Shown: piece by piece, positions 47,349 through 56,524 of the stretch | How the letters are laid out: each line of letters opens with the position of its first letter | Numbering within the stretch: position 1 is the first letter of the stretch | Source of the DNA: Candidatus Moraniibacteriota bacterium | GTDB lineage: Bacteria > Patescibacteriota > Minisyncoccia > Moranbacterales > GWC2-37-73 | DNA length: 64,000 bases | Reading direction: 5' to 3' | Assembly: GCA_003507445.1 (NCBI GenBank) | Contig: DNVR01000008.1 | Coordinates: 29,083 to 93,082 of the forward strand | Notes under the pieces: generated by a model | Told to the model about the DNA's origin: nothing | What the model saw: the letters and a program-made list of their open reading frames with translations, nothing else | The model's database searches: none | Position numbers and translations under genes: made by a program

Positions 47349-48338
47349 ATGAACTTGCGTAAGCGTATTTTTTCAGGTGTTCAGCCAAGCGGAAATTTGC
47401 ATATTGGAAATTATCTGGGAGCCATTGCTAATTGGGTCAAACTTCAAGACGAGTTCGAATCTATTTTTTGCGTTGTTGATATGCATGCCATCACAGTCCC
47501 GCAAGACCCTGAAATGCTTCGTAAAAAAACCATTGAAATTGCCAAGATATATTTGGCTGCCGGAATCGATCCGAAAAAATCTTCAATTTTCATCCAGTCT
47601 CAAGTTTCCGAGCATGCTGAATTGATGTGGATTTTGAATACGATTGCAAAAATGCCAGAATTGGAAAAAATGACCCAATTTAAAGATAAAACTCAAAAAG
47701 GAGGAAGTGAAAGTGCCGCTGTTGGTCTTTTTGATTATCCTGTTTTGATGGCAGCTGATATTTTGCTATATGGAACTGAAGTTGTGCCCGTGGGAGAGGA
47801 TCAAAAGCAGCACGTTGAACTTGCGCGAGATTTGGCCAAGAGATTTAACCAGAAATTTGGAGAAACTTTTATTGTTCCAAAAGCTTTTATTAAGGAAGAG
47901 GGAATGAGAGTAATGGGACTGGATAACCCAGAGAAAAAAATGAGCAAGTCTGCAGCTTCAGAATATAATTATATTTCACTTCTTGACGATGAAGAAACTG
48001 TGAAAAGAAAAATCAAAAAAGCCGTGACCGACTCTGGCTCAGAAATTATTTATAGCGATGAAAAACCTGCACTTAAAAATTTGATTAATATCTATTCTTC
48101 ATTTTCAAATCTTTCTCCCAAAGAAATTGAAAAAAAGTACACTGGAAAAGGTTACGGAGATTTTAAAACTGAATTGGCTGAAGTTATCATCGGATTTTTG
48201 AAACCATTCCAAGAAAAATTCAATGCACTTTCAGATGAAGAAGTTTTGAAAATTCTTGCCGATGGAGCCACCAAAGTTCGTCCAATCGCCAAAGCAAAAC
48301 TTGATGAAGTTAAAAATAAGGTAGGATTTATAATATAG
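47349..48338 (+). CDS. trpS: tryptophanyl-tRNA synthetase
   Basis: GVQPSGNLHIGNYLGAI (HIGH region) and KMSKS motif. 329 aa typical of TrpRS. Confidence 0.85.
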   Translation: MNLRKRIFSGVQPSGNLHIGNYLGAIANWVKLQDEFESIFCVVDMHAITVPQDPEMLRKKTIEIAKIYLAAGIDPKKSSIFIQSQVSEHAELMWILNTIAKMPELEKMTQFKDKTQKGGSESAAVGLFDYPVLMAADILLYGTEVVPVGEDQKQHVELARDLAKRFNQKFGETFIVPKAFIKEEGMRVMGLDNPEKKMSKSAASEYNYISLLDDEETVKRKIKKAVTDSGSEIIYSDEKPALKNLINIYSSFSNLSPKEIEKKYTGKGYGDFKTELAEVIIGFLKPFQEKFNALSDEEVLKILADGATKVRPIAKAKLDEVKNKVGFII

Positions 48339-48378
48339 CTTGTTAGGCTTTAGCTTGTTAGCTTGAAAAATACAAATA

Positions 48379-48406
48379 AAAAAGTCCCATTAATTGGGAC
48401 TTTTTT
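48379..48406. terminator. bidirectional rho-independent terminator between trpS and the convergent phosphohexomutase gene
   Basis: AAAAAGTCCCA-TTAA-TTGGGACTTTTT. Confidence 0.7.
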
Positions 48407-48423
48407 ATTTGGGATAATGCTTG

Positions 48424-49761
48424 TTAGTTTCGGATAATGTTTAGCAGTTCGTCGCGTTTTTGCTCCATTAATTCCTTGGTATTTGCTTCGAGATTAAGTC
48501 TAAGCACTGGTTCGGTGTTGGAAGGTCTAACATTAAACCACCAGTCAGTAAAATCAATACGGATGCCATCCAGTGTATCTAAATTGCCGTCTTTGTATTT
48601 TTCCTTTAGTGTATTTATCACTGCATCTTTGTCTGTGACTTCTGAATTTATTTCTCCACTGTGATAATATTTGTTTAAATCAGTAGTTAATTCGGATATT
48701 TTTTTGCCCGTTTCATTTAGTAGGTTTAATAATATTATAACGGCAAGAGCAGTCATTTCTGCTTTGGAATTTTCTTCAAAATAATAATGACCAGAAAGTT
48801 CTCCAGCAAATATTGCACCTTCTTTCCTCATCTGCTTTTTAATTAAAGAATGTCCTACTCTTGAGCGAAGAACTTTTCCACCAGCTGCTTCAATGTTTTC
48901 TTTGATGGAATTTGAGGCTCTAAGGTCTGAAAGTATTGTGCTGCCAGGATGATTTTTGAGAACTTCTTTTGCAATTAGCGCGGTAATGTAATCCATTGGA
49001 ATAATTTCTCCTTTTTCATTCACGAAACCAACTCTGTCCGCGTCACCATCATATGAAATCCCTAAATCTGCATTCTCTGCCAATACTTTTTCTTGCAAAG
49101 CTTTAAGAGTTTCGAGCTTTAGTGGATTTGCTTCGTGATTTGGAAATGTTCCGTCTAGATCTTCAAAAAGATATACTGCATCAATATCTGTTTTGAATTT
49201 CTCATATAATTCCTTGTCTAAACTGCCTACTGAGTTTGCAAAATCAATTACGATCTTTTTTTTGCCGAGTCCTTGTTTGAAGAAATTTGCTACATATTCT
49301 AAATAAATAGTCTTTAGCTGTTTGTTTTCAGTAACTTTTCCTGTGTATTCGCTAGGAGAAAAGCTGTTACTTATTGAGAGATTTTTAATTTCCTCCATGC
49401 CCTCTCCTTCGCCGATTGGCACTGCATTTTTTTTACAAAGCTTGAGACCATTCCACTCGGCAGTATTGTGCGAAGCTGTGATCATAACTCCAGCATCAAC
49501 ATTCAGTTTCCATGTGGAAAAGTATAACATAGGTGTTGAAACAAGTCCGATATTTATAACGTCAACACCTTGTTCCGTGAGACCCTTTATGAGTCCAGCT
49601 TCAATTTCTGGAGATGATGTTCTCATATCCATTCCAATTGTGATAGTTTTTGCTTGTGTGTAAGTTGCTATAGACCTTCCGATTATTTCAGCAATTTCAC
49701 CATTAAGTTGTTCTGGATAAAGTCCTCGAATATCATAGGCTTTAAATATTTTTTCGTTCAT
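48424..49761 (-). CDS. alpha-D-phosphohexomutase family enzyme (phosphoglucosamine mutase / phosphomannomutase-like)
   Basis: Active-site TASHNTAEWNGLK (T/SASHNP-type serine loop). 445 aa with four-domain layout. Confidence 0.75.
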   Translation of the reverse strand: MNEKIFKAYDIRGLYPEQLNGEIAEIIGRSIATYTQAKTITIGMDMRTSSPEIEAGLIKGLTEQGVDVINIGLVSTPMLYFSTWKLNVDAGVMITASHNTAEWNGLKLCKKNAVPIGEGEGMEEIKNLSISNSFSPSEYTGKVTENKQLKTIYLEYVANFFKQGLGKKKIVIDFANSVGSLDKELYEKFKTDIDAVYLFEDLDGTFPNHEANPLKLETLKALQEKVLAENADLGISYDGDADRVGFVNEKGEIIPMDYITALIAKEVLKNHPGSTILSDLRASNSIKENIEAAGGKVLRSRVGHSLIKKQMRKEGAIFAGELSGHYYFEENSKAEMTALAVIILLNLLNETGKKISELTTDLNKYYHSGEINSEVTDKDAVINTLKEKYKDGNLDTLDGIRIDFTDWWFNVRPSNTEPVLRLNLEANTKELMEQKRDELLNIIRN

Positions 49762-49815
49762 TTTTTTTATGATTAATTATTTAGGCACCTTTAAATTCTA
49801 GCAAAAATAAGCTTT

Positions 49816-52038
49816 TTATTCAAGGTGGATATTTTGTTGGAATTTGTTGAGCTCTTTTTGTAGGAGTGGGTAGTCTTTCAAGTCGGGGCTGTTTTGCAAA
49901 GTTTGCTCGGCGTAGTCGTGGGCGATTTCAATCAGTTTTACGTTCGACAAATGCTCCATTGCGATGTCGGGAAGACCTGATTGGCGCGTGCCGAGAAATT
50001 CGCCGGGACCACGGAGTTTCAAATCTTCTTCTGCAATTGCAAAACCGCTGGATGTTTTCTCCATTGCACTAAGACGTGATTTTGCTTTGACGGTTTTGCT
50101 GCCAGTGAAAAGAAAACAATATGATTGCTTGTCTGATCTGCCGACTCGTCCACGAAACTGATGAAGTTGAGAAAGGCCAAATCTTTCCGTATCCTCGATC
50201 ATAATCACAGTGGCATTTGGAATATCAATACCAACTTCTACCACGCTGGTGGCAACCAAAATGTCATATTTTTTATCTTTAAAATCGGCCATCACTTGCT
50301 CTTTTTCGCCAGCTTTCAATTTGCCGTGCAGAAGTCCCAATTTTAAATCTGGAAAAATTTCCCGTGACAGTCGTGTATGCTCTTGGGTGGCAGCTTTAAG
50401 TTCTGTTAATTTTTCTGATTCTTCCACTAGAGGGAAAATGATGAAAGCCTGATGGCCCTTGGAAATTTCTTTGCGCACAAAATCATACACATCTTTTCTT
50501 TTGCTTGGCAAAATAATTTCAGTGAGAATAGGCTTTCGATTTTTGGGCATTTCATCCAACACTGAAATATCCAGATTTCCAAAAAAAGCTAAGGTCAATG
50601 TTCGGGGAATCGGAGTTGCTGTCATCGTGAGCAGGTGGGGAATTTTTCCTGGCAAGCCGTCATTAATATCAGCAATCTGCTGTTGCAAAAAAGCACGTTG
50701 AGCCACGCCAAAGCGATGTTGCTCATCGATGATTATTAAAGCTAAATTTTTAAATTTTATATCTTTCTGAATAAGCGCGTGAGTACCTATTACAATGTTA
50801 ATATTGCCAGACACTAGTTCCGATAGTAATTTTTTTCTAGAAATATCCTCTTTTTTTTCTGCTGATAATTTTGAATTTTGAATTTTGAATTTTGATTGAA
50901 TTTTTAATGTTTTAATTTTTAAACATTCATCATTAAGATTTGATTCGAAATTCGAAATTCGAAATTCTGATTTATTAATCAAATGATAGGAATTCGTTAA
51001 AAGTCCTACAGTTATGTCTTGCTTTGAAAATATTTTTGATATACTTTCAAAATGTTGCTTGGCCAAAACTTCTGTTGGAGCCATAATGGAAACCTGAAAA
51101 CCAGCATTAATGGCTGACAAGCTCGCCATTGCAGCCACAATTGTTTTGCCACTTCCCACATCGCCATTAAGCAGACGATTCATTGGAAGAGGTTTTTCCA
51201 AATCTTTCAAAATTTGAAATGCAGCTTTGCGTTGAGCATCAGTGAGTGTAAAAGGAAGTGACTCGACGAAATATTTGGTCAGTGTTTCATTGAAAGCAAT
51301 TGAAACAGCATTTTGTTTGTCCCATGAAATTTTGACTCGCTGAGTTGCAAGTTGTACCAAAAACATTTGCTGAAAAGCAAAACGTTTTTGCGCAAGTTCA
51401 AATTCTTTGAGCGTTTTTGGGAAGTGTAAAGATTTTACAGCTTCACTCAAGATTGGCAGATGCAAACCCTTCAAAATATTTTCTGGAATTGGGTCAACAA
51501 GCGCATCGGCATATTTGATCATATTTTGCATTTGCCAGCGAATCCATTTTGAAGTGAGGCCTTCTGTTTCTGGATATATTGGAACAAGCCGTCCTGTGTT
51601 GGTTGGGGTGCGCGAAGAAAGTTCCCAAGCGGGATTGGAAAAAAACATTCCTTTTGCATCTTGCGAGATTTTTCCAGCTAGTCTCACGCCTTTGCCGGCA
51701 GTGAGCGAATCACTGACATATGGTTGGTTAAACCACACAGCTCTCACAGTGCCAGTTTCATCACTCACAAAGCACTCTGTGATCATCATCTTCTTTTTCC
51801 AAGTGCGCACCAATTTGCTTTGTACAACTTCTCCCATCACAGTGGCCGTTTCTCCTTCTTGAAGATTTTCAATCAAAACCCGCTCGGAATAATCTTCATA
51901 GCGAAAAGGGAAGTGCAGCAAAAAATCCTCCACAGTTTCAATGTTGAGTTTTTTTAAAATCGCGCCATATTTCATCCCGATACGCGGCAGTTTTTCCAAT
52001 TTCATCTTCAAAAAATCCATACCTAAATTATAACTCAA
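49816..52038 (-). CDS. recG: ATP-dependent DNA helicase RecG, carrying an in-frame repeat insertion
   Basis: Walker A GDVGSGKT, DEQH box IIDEQHRFGV, motif VI QFRGRVGR, N-terminal wedge/OB region. Inserted segment NFESNLNDECLKIKTLKIQSKFKIQNSKL encoded by 50867..50967. Confidence 0.85.
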   Translation of the reverse strand: MSYNLGMDFLKMKLEKLPRIGMKYGAILKKLNIETVEDFLLHFPFRYEDYSERVLIENLQEGETATVMGEVVQSKLVRTWKKKMMITECFVSDETGTVRAVWFNQPYVSDSLTAGKGVRLAGKISQDAKGMFFSNPAWELSSRTPTNTGRLVPIYPETEGLTSKWIRWQMQNMIKYADALVDPIPENILKGLHLPILSEAVKSLHFPKTLKEFELAQKRFAFQQMFLVQLATQRVKISWDKQNAVSIAFNETLTKYFVESLPFTLTDAQRKAAFQILKDLEKPLPMNRLLNGDVGSGKTIVAAMASLSAINAGFQVSIMAPTEVLAKQHFESISKIFSKQDITVGLLTNSYHLINKSEFRISNFESNLNDECLKIKTLKIQSKFKIQNSKLSAEKKEDISRKKLLSELVSGNINIVIGTHALIQKDIKFKNLALIIIDEQHRFGVAQRAFLQQQIADINDGLPGKIPHLLTMTATPIPRTLTLAFFGNLDISVLDEMPKNRKPILTEIILPSKRKDVYDFVRKEISKGHQAFIIFPLVEESEKLTELKAATQEHTRLSREIFPDLKLGLLHGKLKAGEKEQVMADFKDKKYDILVATSVVEVGIDIPNATVIMIEDTERFGLSQLHQFRGRVGRSDKQSYCFLFTGSKTVKAKSRLSAMEKTSSGFAIAEEDLKLRGPGEFLGTRQSGLPDIAMEHLSNVKLIEIAHDYAEQTLQNSPDLKDYPLLQKELNKFQQNIHLE
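50867..50967. repeat. heptamer-array element inserted in-frame within recG
   Basis: (AATTTTG)x4 - spacer - (CGAAATT)x3 on the + strand. On the coding strand, same architecture as 13239..13350. Confidence 0.75.
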
Positions 52039-52144
52039 TGCATATTTTGTATCTAGTGATAAATTTTGGAATAAAAAAATCCCCCGAAGTTCGAATCTTC
52101 AGGGGCGGTCACATTTGGACCAGGGGGTAAGCGTTGTTATTTCT

Positions 52145-52561
52145 CTATGCCATTCCTGGCGACATTATGTAGGTTTGTTCTCGCAAACCTCCAACACGAG
52201 GAAGCACATAGCGTGGTTTTTCGGTTGTGCATTTAAAACAAAAAGGCGCTGTCGGCATTGCTTTTAAGCGAGCAATGGGAATGTCTTCCTTACATTTGCA
52301 ACATATCCCGTACGTCTCATTATCAAGACGTCGCAGTGCTGCAGTGCAAGCCGCTATCGTTTCTCTGCATCTCGGGTTATTTACTGCTTGAAGAGACCGC
52401 TCATTGTGATCTGGTCCCTCCGACTCTATGCCACTGTTGCCCTTATATGAAAAAACAGGTTCATCAGGGCAAACGTCACAAATTATACCCCTCGTTGCTT
52501 CTTCGAGCATTCTCATTATAACTTCTCGTGCAGACTGTAATTCCTCGTTGTTTAATGACAA
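52145..52561 (-). CDS. DksA/TraR-family C4 zinc-finger protein, TTG start
   Basis: C-x2-C-x17-C-x2-C zinc finger at the C-terminus with upstream coiled-coil-like region. AAGGAG-6nt-TTG start. The longer track ORF is an upstream extension. Confidence 0.6.
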   Translation of the reverse strand: MSLNNEELQSAREVIMRMLEEATRGIICDVCPDEPVFSYKGNSGIESEGPDHNERSLQAVNNPRCRETIAACTAALRRLDNETYGICCKCKEDIPIARLKAMPTAPFCFKCTTEKPRYVLPRVGGLREQTYIMSPGMA

Positions 52562-52778
52562 AGCGATTCTCCTTTTTAAAAAAAGATAAGATTTTTCCCC
52601 TTTAATAAAGCAAAAATACGAGCACTTACCACCAAAACATAATTTCATTGAAAAAGAACAACAATTAAGCACTAATCTATTATTATACTCCTTTTATCGA
52701 AAAATGTCAAGACTTTTAAATTCCTGACATTTTCCGACAATAATGCTGTGCCACGTGATGAGCGTAGCGAATTTTACG

Positions 52779-52854
52779 TGGTGCTCTCGGCAGGAATCGA
52801 ACCTGCGACCTTCTGGACCGCAACCAGACGCTCTATCCACTGAGCTACGAAAGC
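52779..52854 (-). tRNA. tRNA-Arg (anticodon read as GCG)
   Basis: Cloverleaf: acceptor GCTTTCG/CGAGAGC, D-arm GCTC-AGTGGATA-GAGC, anticodon stem TCTGG/CCAGA with loop TTGCGGT, T-arm GCAGG-TTCGATT-CCTGC, encoded CCA. Confidence 0.75.
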
Positions 52855-52863
52855 AAATTTTTG

Positions 52864-52895
52864 TACGGGGTCCACTGAGCTACAAGGACAACTTC
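52864..52895 (-). pseudogene. partial tRNA-like fragment (acceptor + D-arm only) adjacent to tRNA-Arg
   Basis: Minus strand reads GTCCTTGTAGCTCAGTGGACCCCGTAC. Shares TAGCTCAGTGGA with the neighbouring tRNA D-arm and then breaks off. Confidence 0.3.
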
Positions 52896-52992
52896 ACATA
52901 ACACGTATCATAGAACATGGAACAAAAAAAATCAATAGATTACGCACTTATTACATTTATGCTCTATGTTTTATGCTATATGCTATATGACC

Positions 52993-53700
52993 TTAGATAT
53001 GTAAAACACGTTCAATTGCATCAATAAGTCCGGGATCCTGTTTGATTTCTGGAATATTGCGCATCAAAATTTCTCGCATTTTCACTGGGTCTTCGTTGGC
53101 GATGGGGATGTGAACAAAGGGAAGCATAGAAGCCTTGGTATGAAGGCTGATAGTTTTGGTGTGATTTGGATCATAAAAAATCCAAAAGGAATGAATATTT
53201 TCATATAAATACATTTCCTTGTCAGCAGTCACACCTTTGGATGTTATCGAGAATGTGATCACGCGCGGATCTTTTTGCAAATAAATATAACCGACAATGC
53301 CAAGCAAAATGAAGGTAATTGCCATAATTGGACTGTTTGTAGCCAGCGCATATCCAATCATTGCAACAATAAAAAGCCCAAAAATAATATACCAACGGGC
53401 AGATTTTTCGTATACTTCAAATTCCGGAGCTTTCCACTGATGGAAAATTTCATCCAAATTGCTTTCTTGGTCGGAATCATTTTGCTGTCTTGTTGGCGCT
53501 TCTTCTGTCTGTCTGCGCGTAGCAAAATTCTGTGATTCCACTGGCGTGTTCGCCGAATTAAGCAGCTTGGAATTTCTAAGATCAAATGACATATTTCTTG
53601 CCCCGTGAAATTCTGCTAGCAGGCAGACATATTTCACTGGGGTGTATTTCTTTATTAAATAGTCCTGGCTCAATTCTAGCATATTTACCCACACACTCAA
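52993..53700 (-). CDS. membrane protein with two TM helices and C-terminal PH-like (YdbS/YdbT, DUF304-like) domain
   Basis: Hairpin-like TM pair WYIIFGLFIVAMIGYALATNSPIMAITFILLGIVGYIYL followed by a ~110-aa soluble domain. Confidence 0.35.
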   Translation of the reverse strand: MSVWVNMLELSQDYLIKKYTPVKYVCLLAEFHGARNMSFDLRNSKLLNSANTPVESQNFATRRQTEEAPTRQQNDSDQESNLDEIFHQWKAPEFEVYEKSARWYIIFGLFIVAMIGYALATNSPIMAITFILLGIVGYIYLQKDPRVITFSITSKGVTADKEMYLYENIHSFWIFYDPNHTKTISLHTKASMLPFVHIPIANEDPVKMREILMRNIPEIKQDPGLIDAIERVLHI

Positions 53701-53808
53701 AGTGTTGTATATTATAAATAGTAGCTATTATTTAATGTGGTTATGTTATTGAAACTATTGAGTGTGTGGGTTTACAAATATGTTTCTAGCTGTTACTATA
53801 TGCTTTAT

Positions 53809-53831
53809 GGAAGCGTGGCCGAGCGGTTCAA
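53809..53831 (+). pseudogene. duplicated 5' fragment of tRNA-Ser (23 nt)
   Basis: GGAAGCGTGGCCGAGCGGTTCAA matches the first 23 nt of the tRNA-Ser(TGA) gene at 53920 (1 mismatch), then diverges with no cloverleaf. Confidence 0.35.
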
Positions 53832-53919
53832 ATGCGATATAGGAGCATTTGAAGGTTTTCAAAAGAAAACCAGGGCAACCGTGAGGCATCAGTTTTTTAT
53901 GTTTTTGGAAAAACAATTT

Positions 53920-54004
53920 GGAAGCGTGGCCGAGCGGTTGAAGGCAACAGTCTTGAAAACTGTCATGGGGCGACCCATCAAGAGTTCGAATCTCTTCGCT
54001 TCCT
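53920..54004 (+). tRNA. tRNA-Ser (anticodon TGA), type II with long variable arm
   Basis: Acceptor GGAAGCG/CGCTTCC, anticodon stem ACAGT/ACTGT with loop CTTGAAA, variable arm CATGGGGCGACCCATC, T-arm AAGAG-TTCGAAT-CTCTT. Confidence 0.75.
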
Positions 54005-54046
54005 CAAGAATCTAATAAAAGAGATTTCTTAAAATTGAATAATTCC

Positions 54047-54133
54047 GGAGAGGTGGCTGAGAGGCCGAAAGCACCTCACTGCTAACGAGGCAGGGGGTAA
54101 AACCCCTCGAGGGTTCGAATCCCTCCTTCTCCG
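54047..54133 (+). tRNA. tRNA-Ser (anticodon GCT), type II
   Basis: Acceptor GGAGAGG/CTTCTCC, anticodon loop CTGCTAA, long variable arm CAGGGGGTAAAACCCCTCG, T-arm GAGGG-TTCGAAT-CCCTC. Confidence 0.7.
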
Positions 54134-54141
54134 CAAATTTT

Positions 54142-54169
54142 TTAAAGACCCATTTTTATGGGTCTTTAA
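54142..54169. terminator. perfect palindrome TTAAAGACCCATTTTTATGGGTCTTTAA (bidirectional terminator-like)
   Basis: 10-bp perfect stem flanked by A/T runs on both sides, immediately 3' of tRNA-Ser(GCT). Confidence 0.55.
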
Positions 54170-54350
54170 AAATATACAGAAGGAGGGATTCGAACGGGCA
54201 GAAGCTAAACAAATTTTCATTTAGCAAAATGAAAATGCAGTGTGCGTCGATGGATGCGACCATAGGAGCATTCAGCGCTGCCCAGGGCAAGGAGCGAGCG
54301 AGTGTCGACGAGCGAGCGACGCGGAAATCCCTCCCTTTCCGCATTAATAC

Positions 54351-54380
54351 AAAAAAGAGTTCATCGCGAACTCTTTTTTG
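54351..54380. terminator. hairpin AAGAGTTC-ATCGC-GAACTCTT flanked by A- and T-runs
   Basis: Perfect 8-bp stem with A6 upstream and T6 downstream. Confidence 0.5.
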
Positions 54381-54431
54381 TGTATTTTGCTGAGTAGAGT
54401 ATAATGAAGAAAGACAAATAAACAAAAACAT

Positions 54432-54734
54432 ATGAACGAATCTTCATTTGAAAATCCATTTTTGAAAAAAGAAACTTCTAATCGAGAGTGTTTTTTTCGG
54501 AAGATGTTTGAAAAATGTTCTTTGGAAGAAAATTGCGCAAAATGCAGTAGAAAAGGTTTGGAGTTTGACGGCGATGGTGCAGTTGCAACAATACGCAGAA
54601 AATCGGAAGCAGAAAAAGAATATTATTCAATAATACAAGCCAAGGGCGACGCTGATTTTGTTTTAGATGAAAGATTGATTACTGATGATTATTACGTTTT
54701 CTTTCAAAGAGATGAATTTAAAGAAGCAGCTTAA
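54432..54734 (+). CDS. hypothetical small protein (100 aa) with Cys cluster
   Basis: ORF with CFFRKMFEKCSLEENCAKC. No recognised family. Confidence 0.35.
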   Translation: MNESSFENPFLKKETSNRECFFRKMFEKCSLEENCAKCSRKGLEFDGDGAVATIRRKSEAEKEYYSIIQAKGDADFVLDERLITDDYYVFFQRDEFKEAA

Positions 54735-54758
54735 GTATATAACAATACAATAAATATT

Positions 54759-55268
54759 ATGACTGATGTAATTTTTGAATCAAGCCTCGAAATAAAAGCA
54801 GCCCAGGCAAGCAACATTCCGCAAATAGTTGGCGATTGGTGGAAGGAAATTTCGAAACAATCAAACTCTCCAGCAACTCCGGGAAAGTTATATGCTGTGG
54901 GAAATTATCTTGTTCAATTGGTAAAAAATTCGTTGAGCGATGGAAAAAGCAATGGGAAAGTGACCGCTATTTTTGACGAGGAAAAAATAAAAATTGTGAT
55001 TGATGATCTTGGCAGTGAAGAAAAAGATATTAATTTGAATGTGAAAGGAGAATATGGAATGAAAGAAGCGATTGAATATTTTGATGTTTTCAACATTGAA
55101 TCCAAGGGTAAGTTGTATGAAAAAGATAATCGCAATATGATTGAAGAAGTTGATGAGAGCGACGTGTATGCCGGCTCGAAAGTTACTATTATTAAATATC
55201 ATATAACACCAGTTGAAGAAGCGGAGGAAACTTGGCAATCCAGCAGAAATTTCGGACAAAGGATGTAA
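54759..55268 (+). CDS. hypothetical protein, possible GHKL/HATPase_c-like fold
   Basis: LVQLVKNSLSDG (N-box-like) and IVIDDLGSEE (G1-like DxGxG). Weak resemblance to small anti-sigma serine kinases. Confidence 0.3.
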   Translation: MTDVIFESSLEIKAAQASNIPQIVGDWWKEISKQSNSPATPGKLYAVGNYLVQLVKNSLSDGKSNGKVTAIFDEEKIKIVIDDLGSEEKDINLNVKGEYGMKEAIEYFDVFNIESKGKLYEKDNRNMIEEVDESDVYAGSKVTIIKYHITPVEEAEETWQSSRNFGQRM

Positions 55269-55286
55269 TAAACAAAAAGAAATTTA

Positions 55287-56483
55287 ATGAAATTTGAAAA
55301 AATAAAAATTATTATTCTGCTGACTGTTTTGGTTGATGTGATTGGGCTGGGGATTATTATTCCTGTGCTGCCTTTTTATGTGGAAAGTTTTGGCGTTTCT
55401 TCTTTTGTGGTAACTCTGCTTTTTTCAGTTTTTGCATTCTTTTCTTTTGTTAGCAGTCCATTTTTGGGAGCACTTTCTGATAAGATTGGACGTAGGCCAA
55501 TTTTGATTATCAGCATTGCAAGCACAGCTTTTGGTTGGTTTGTTTTCGCTTCAGCAAATTCTGTCTGGCTTTTGTTTTTGGGGCGCATTATTGATGGAGC
55601 AGCTGCGGGAAATTTTCCAATTGCACAAAGCTATTTGTTGGACATTGCGAAAAACGACAAAGAACGAACCATGAATCTTGGGTTGATTGGTGCGGTTTTC
55701 GGAATTGGTTTTATGGTGGGTCCTGCTATTGGCGCAACTCTTGGAGGAATTTCACCGGCGCTTCCATTTTGGTTTGTGGGATTTTTGGCGATGTTTAATG
55801 CAATCGGTGCATATTTCTTTTTGCCAGAAACAAATCGCAACAAAAATGCTGTCAAAAAAATTCCGATAAATCCCTTCATTCCACTTTTTAGTGCAATGAA
55901 AGACGGGATGCTTAGGTCTCGATACTTAGCTTGGTTTCTATTCGGCATTGCTTTTGCGGGAATGCAATCAATCTTTGCGCTTTTTGTGAAATCAGTTTTT
56001 GGTTTCTCAGCTTCCGTCACAGGATATCTCTTCACAGCTATGGGGGTTATTCTTGTTATCAATCAAGGTTTTGCGCTCAAAAGAATATGGCTTAAATATT
56101 TTAAAGAAGCTGATTTGGAGATCTGGTTTTTCGTGGTTATGATTTTGGGTTTTGTTTTTCTGGATTTGAAAATCTTCGCTTTTTTTGCTGCCGGTCTTTT
56201 ATTGACCACCGTTGGTCAATCAACACTGCGCGTTGTGATGTCCAGTGGAATTGCAAGTGTGGCAGGTGCTCAAAAAAGAGGAGAGGTTATGGGGATTATG
56301 GCCTCGATAATGTCTGTCTCTATGATTGTCGGACCACTGGTGGCAGGCGCACTATTCGTCAAAAATGTGCAATGGCCCTTTCTGCTTAATATCCTATTAT
56401 TATCAGCAGCTTTTTTCATTATGAAAAAATGCTGTATAAATGAAAAAATTGTAACACAGGAAGATATTGAAGTGCTTGGATAA
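55287..56483 (+). CDS. MFS transporter
   Basis: 12 predicted TM helices. MFS loop 2-3 motif GALSDKIGRRPIL. Confidence 0.8.
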   Translation: MKFEKIKIIILLTVLVDVIGLGIIIPVLPFYVESFGVSSFVVTLLFSVFAFFSFVSSPFLGALSDKIGRRPILIISIASTAFGWFVFASANSVWLLFLGRIIDGAAAGNFPIAQSYLLDIAKNDKERTMNLGLIGAVFGIGFMVGPAIGATLGGISPALPFWFVGFLAMFNAIGAYFFLPETNRNKNAVKKIPINPFIPLFSAMKDGMLRSRYLAWFLFGIAFAGMQSIFALFVKSVFGFSASVTGYLFTAMGVILVINQGFALKRIWLKYFKEADLEIWFFVVMILGFVFLDLKIFAFFAAGLLLTTVGQSTLRVVMSSGIASVAGAQKRGEVMGIMASIMSVSMIVGPLVAGALFVKNVQWPFLLNILLLSAAFFIMKKCCINEKIVTQEDIEVLG

Positions 56484-56524
56484 TTTTTAGAATGACAAAT
56501 TCTAGAACCTAGAACCTAGCAATT

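Noticed and set aside
47221-48435. GCTTGTTAG short repeats flanking trpS (47229, 48339-48360, 48418)
   Set aside because: Only a 9-mer, plausible by chance in AT-rich intergenic DNA next to a terminator. No extended similarity.
52040-52140. tRNA-like 3' fragment (GAAGTTCGAATCTTC) downstream of recG
   Set aside because: Only a 4-bp T-stem-like pairing and no acceptor or CCA context. Probably coincidental.
54175-54350. Additional complete tRNA or group-I-intron-containing tRNA on the minus strand
   Set aside because: The T-loop-like GTTCGAATCCCTCC is present, but no complementary T-stem, anticodon arm or acceptor pairing can be drawn. Best explained as partial copies of the tRNA-Ser(GCT) 3' end.
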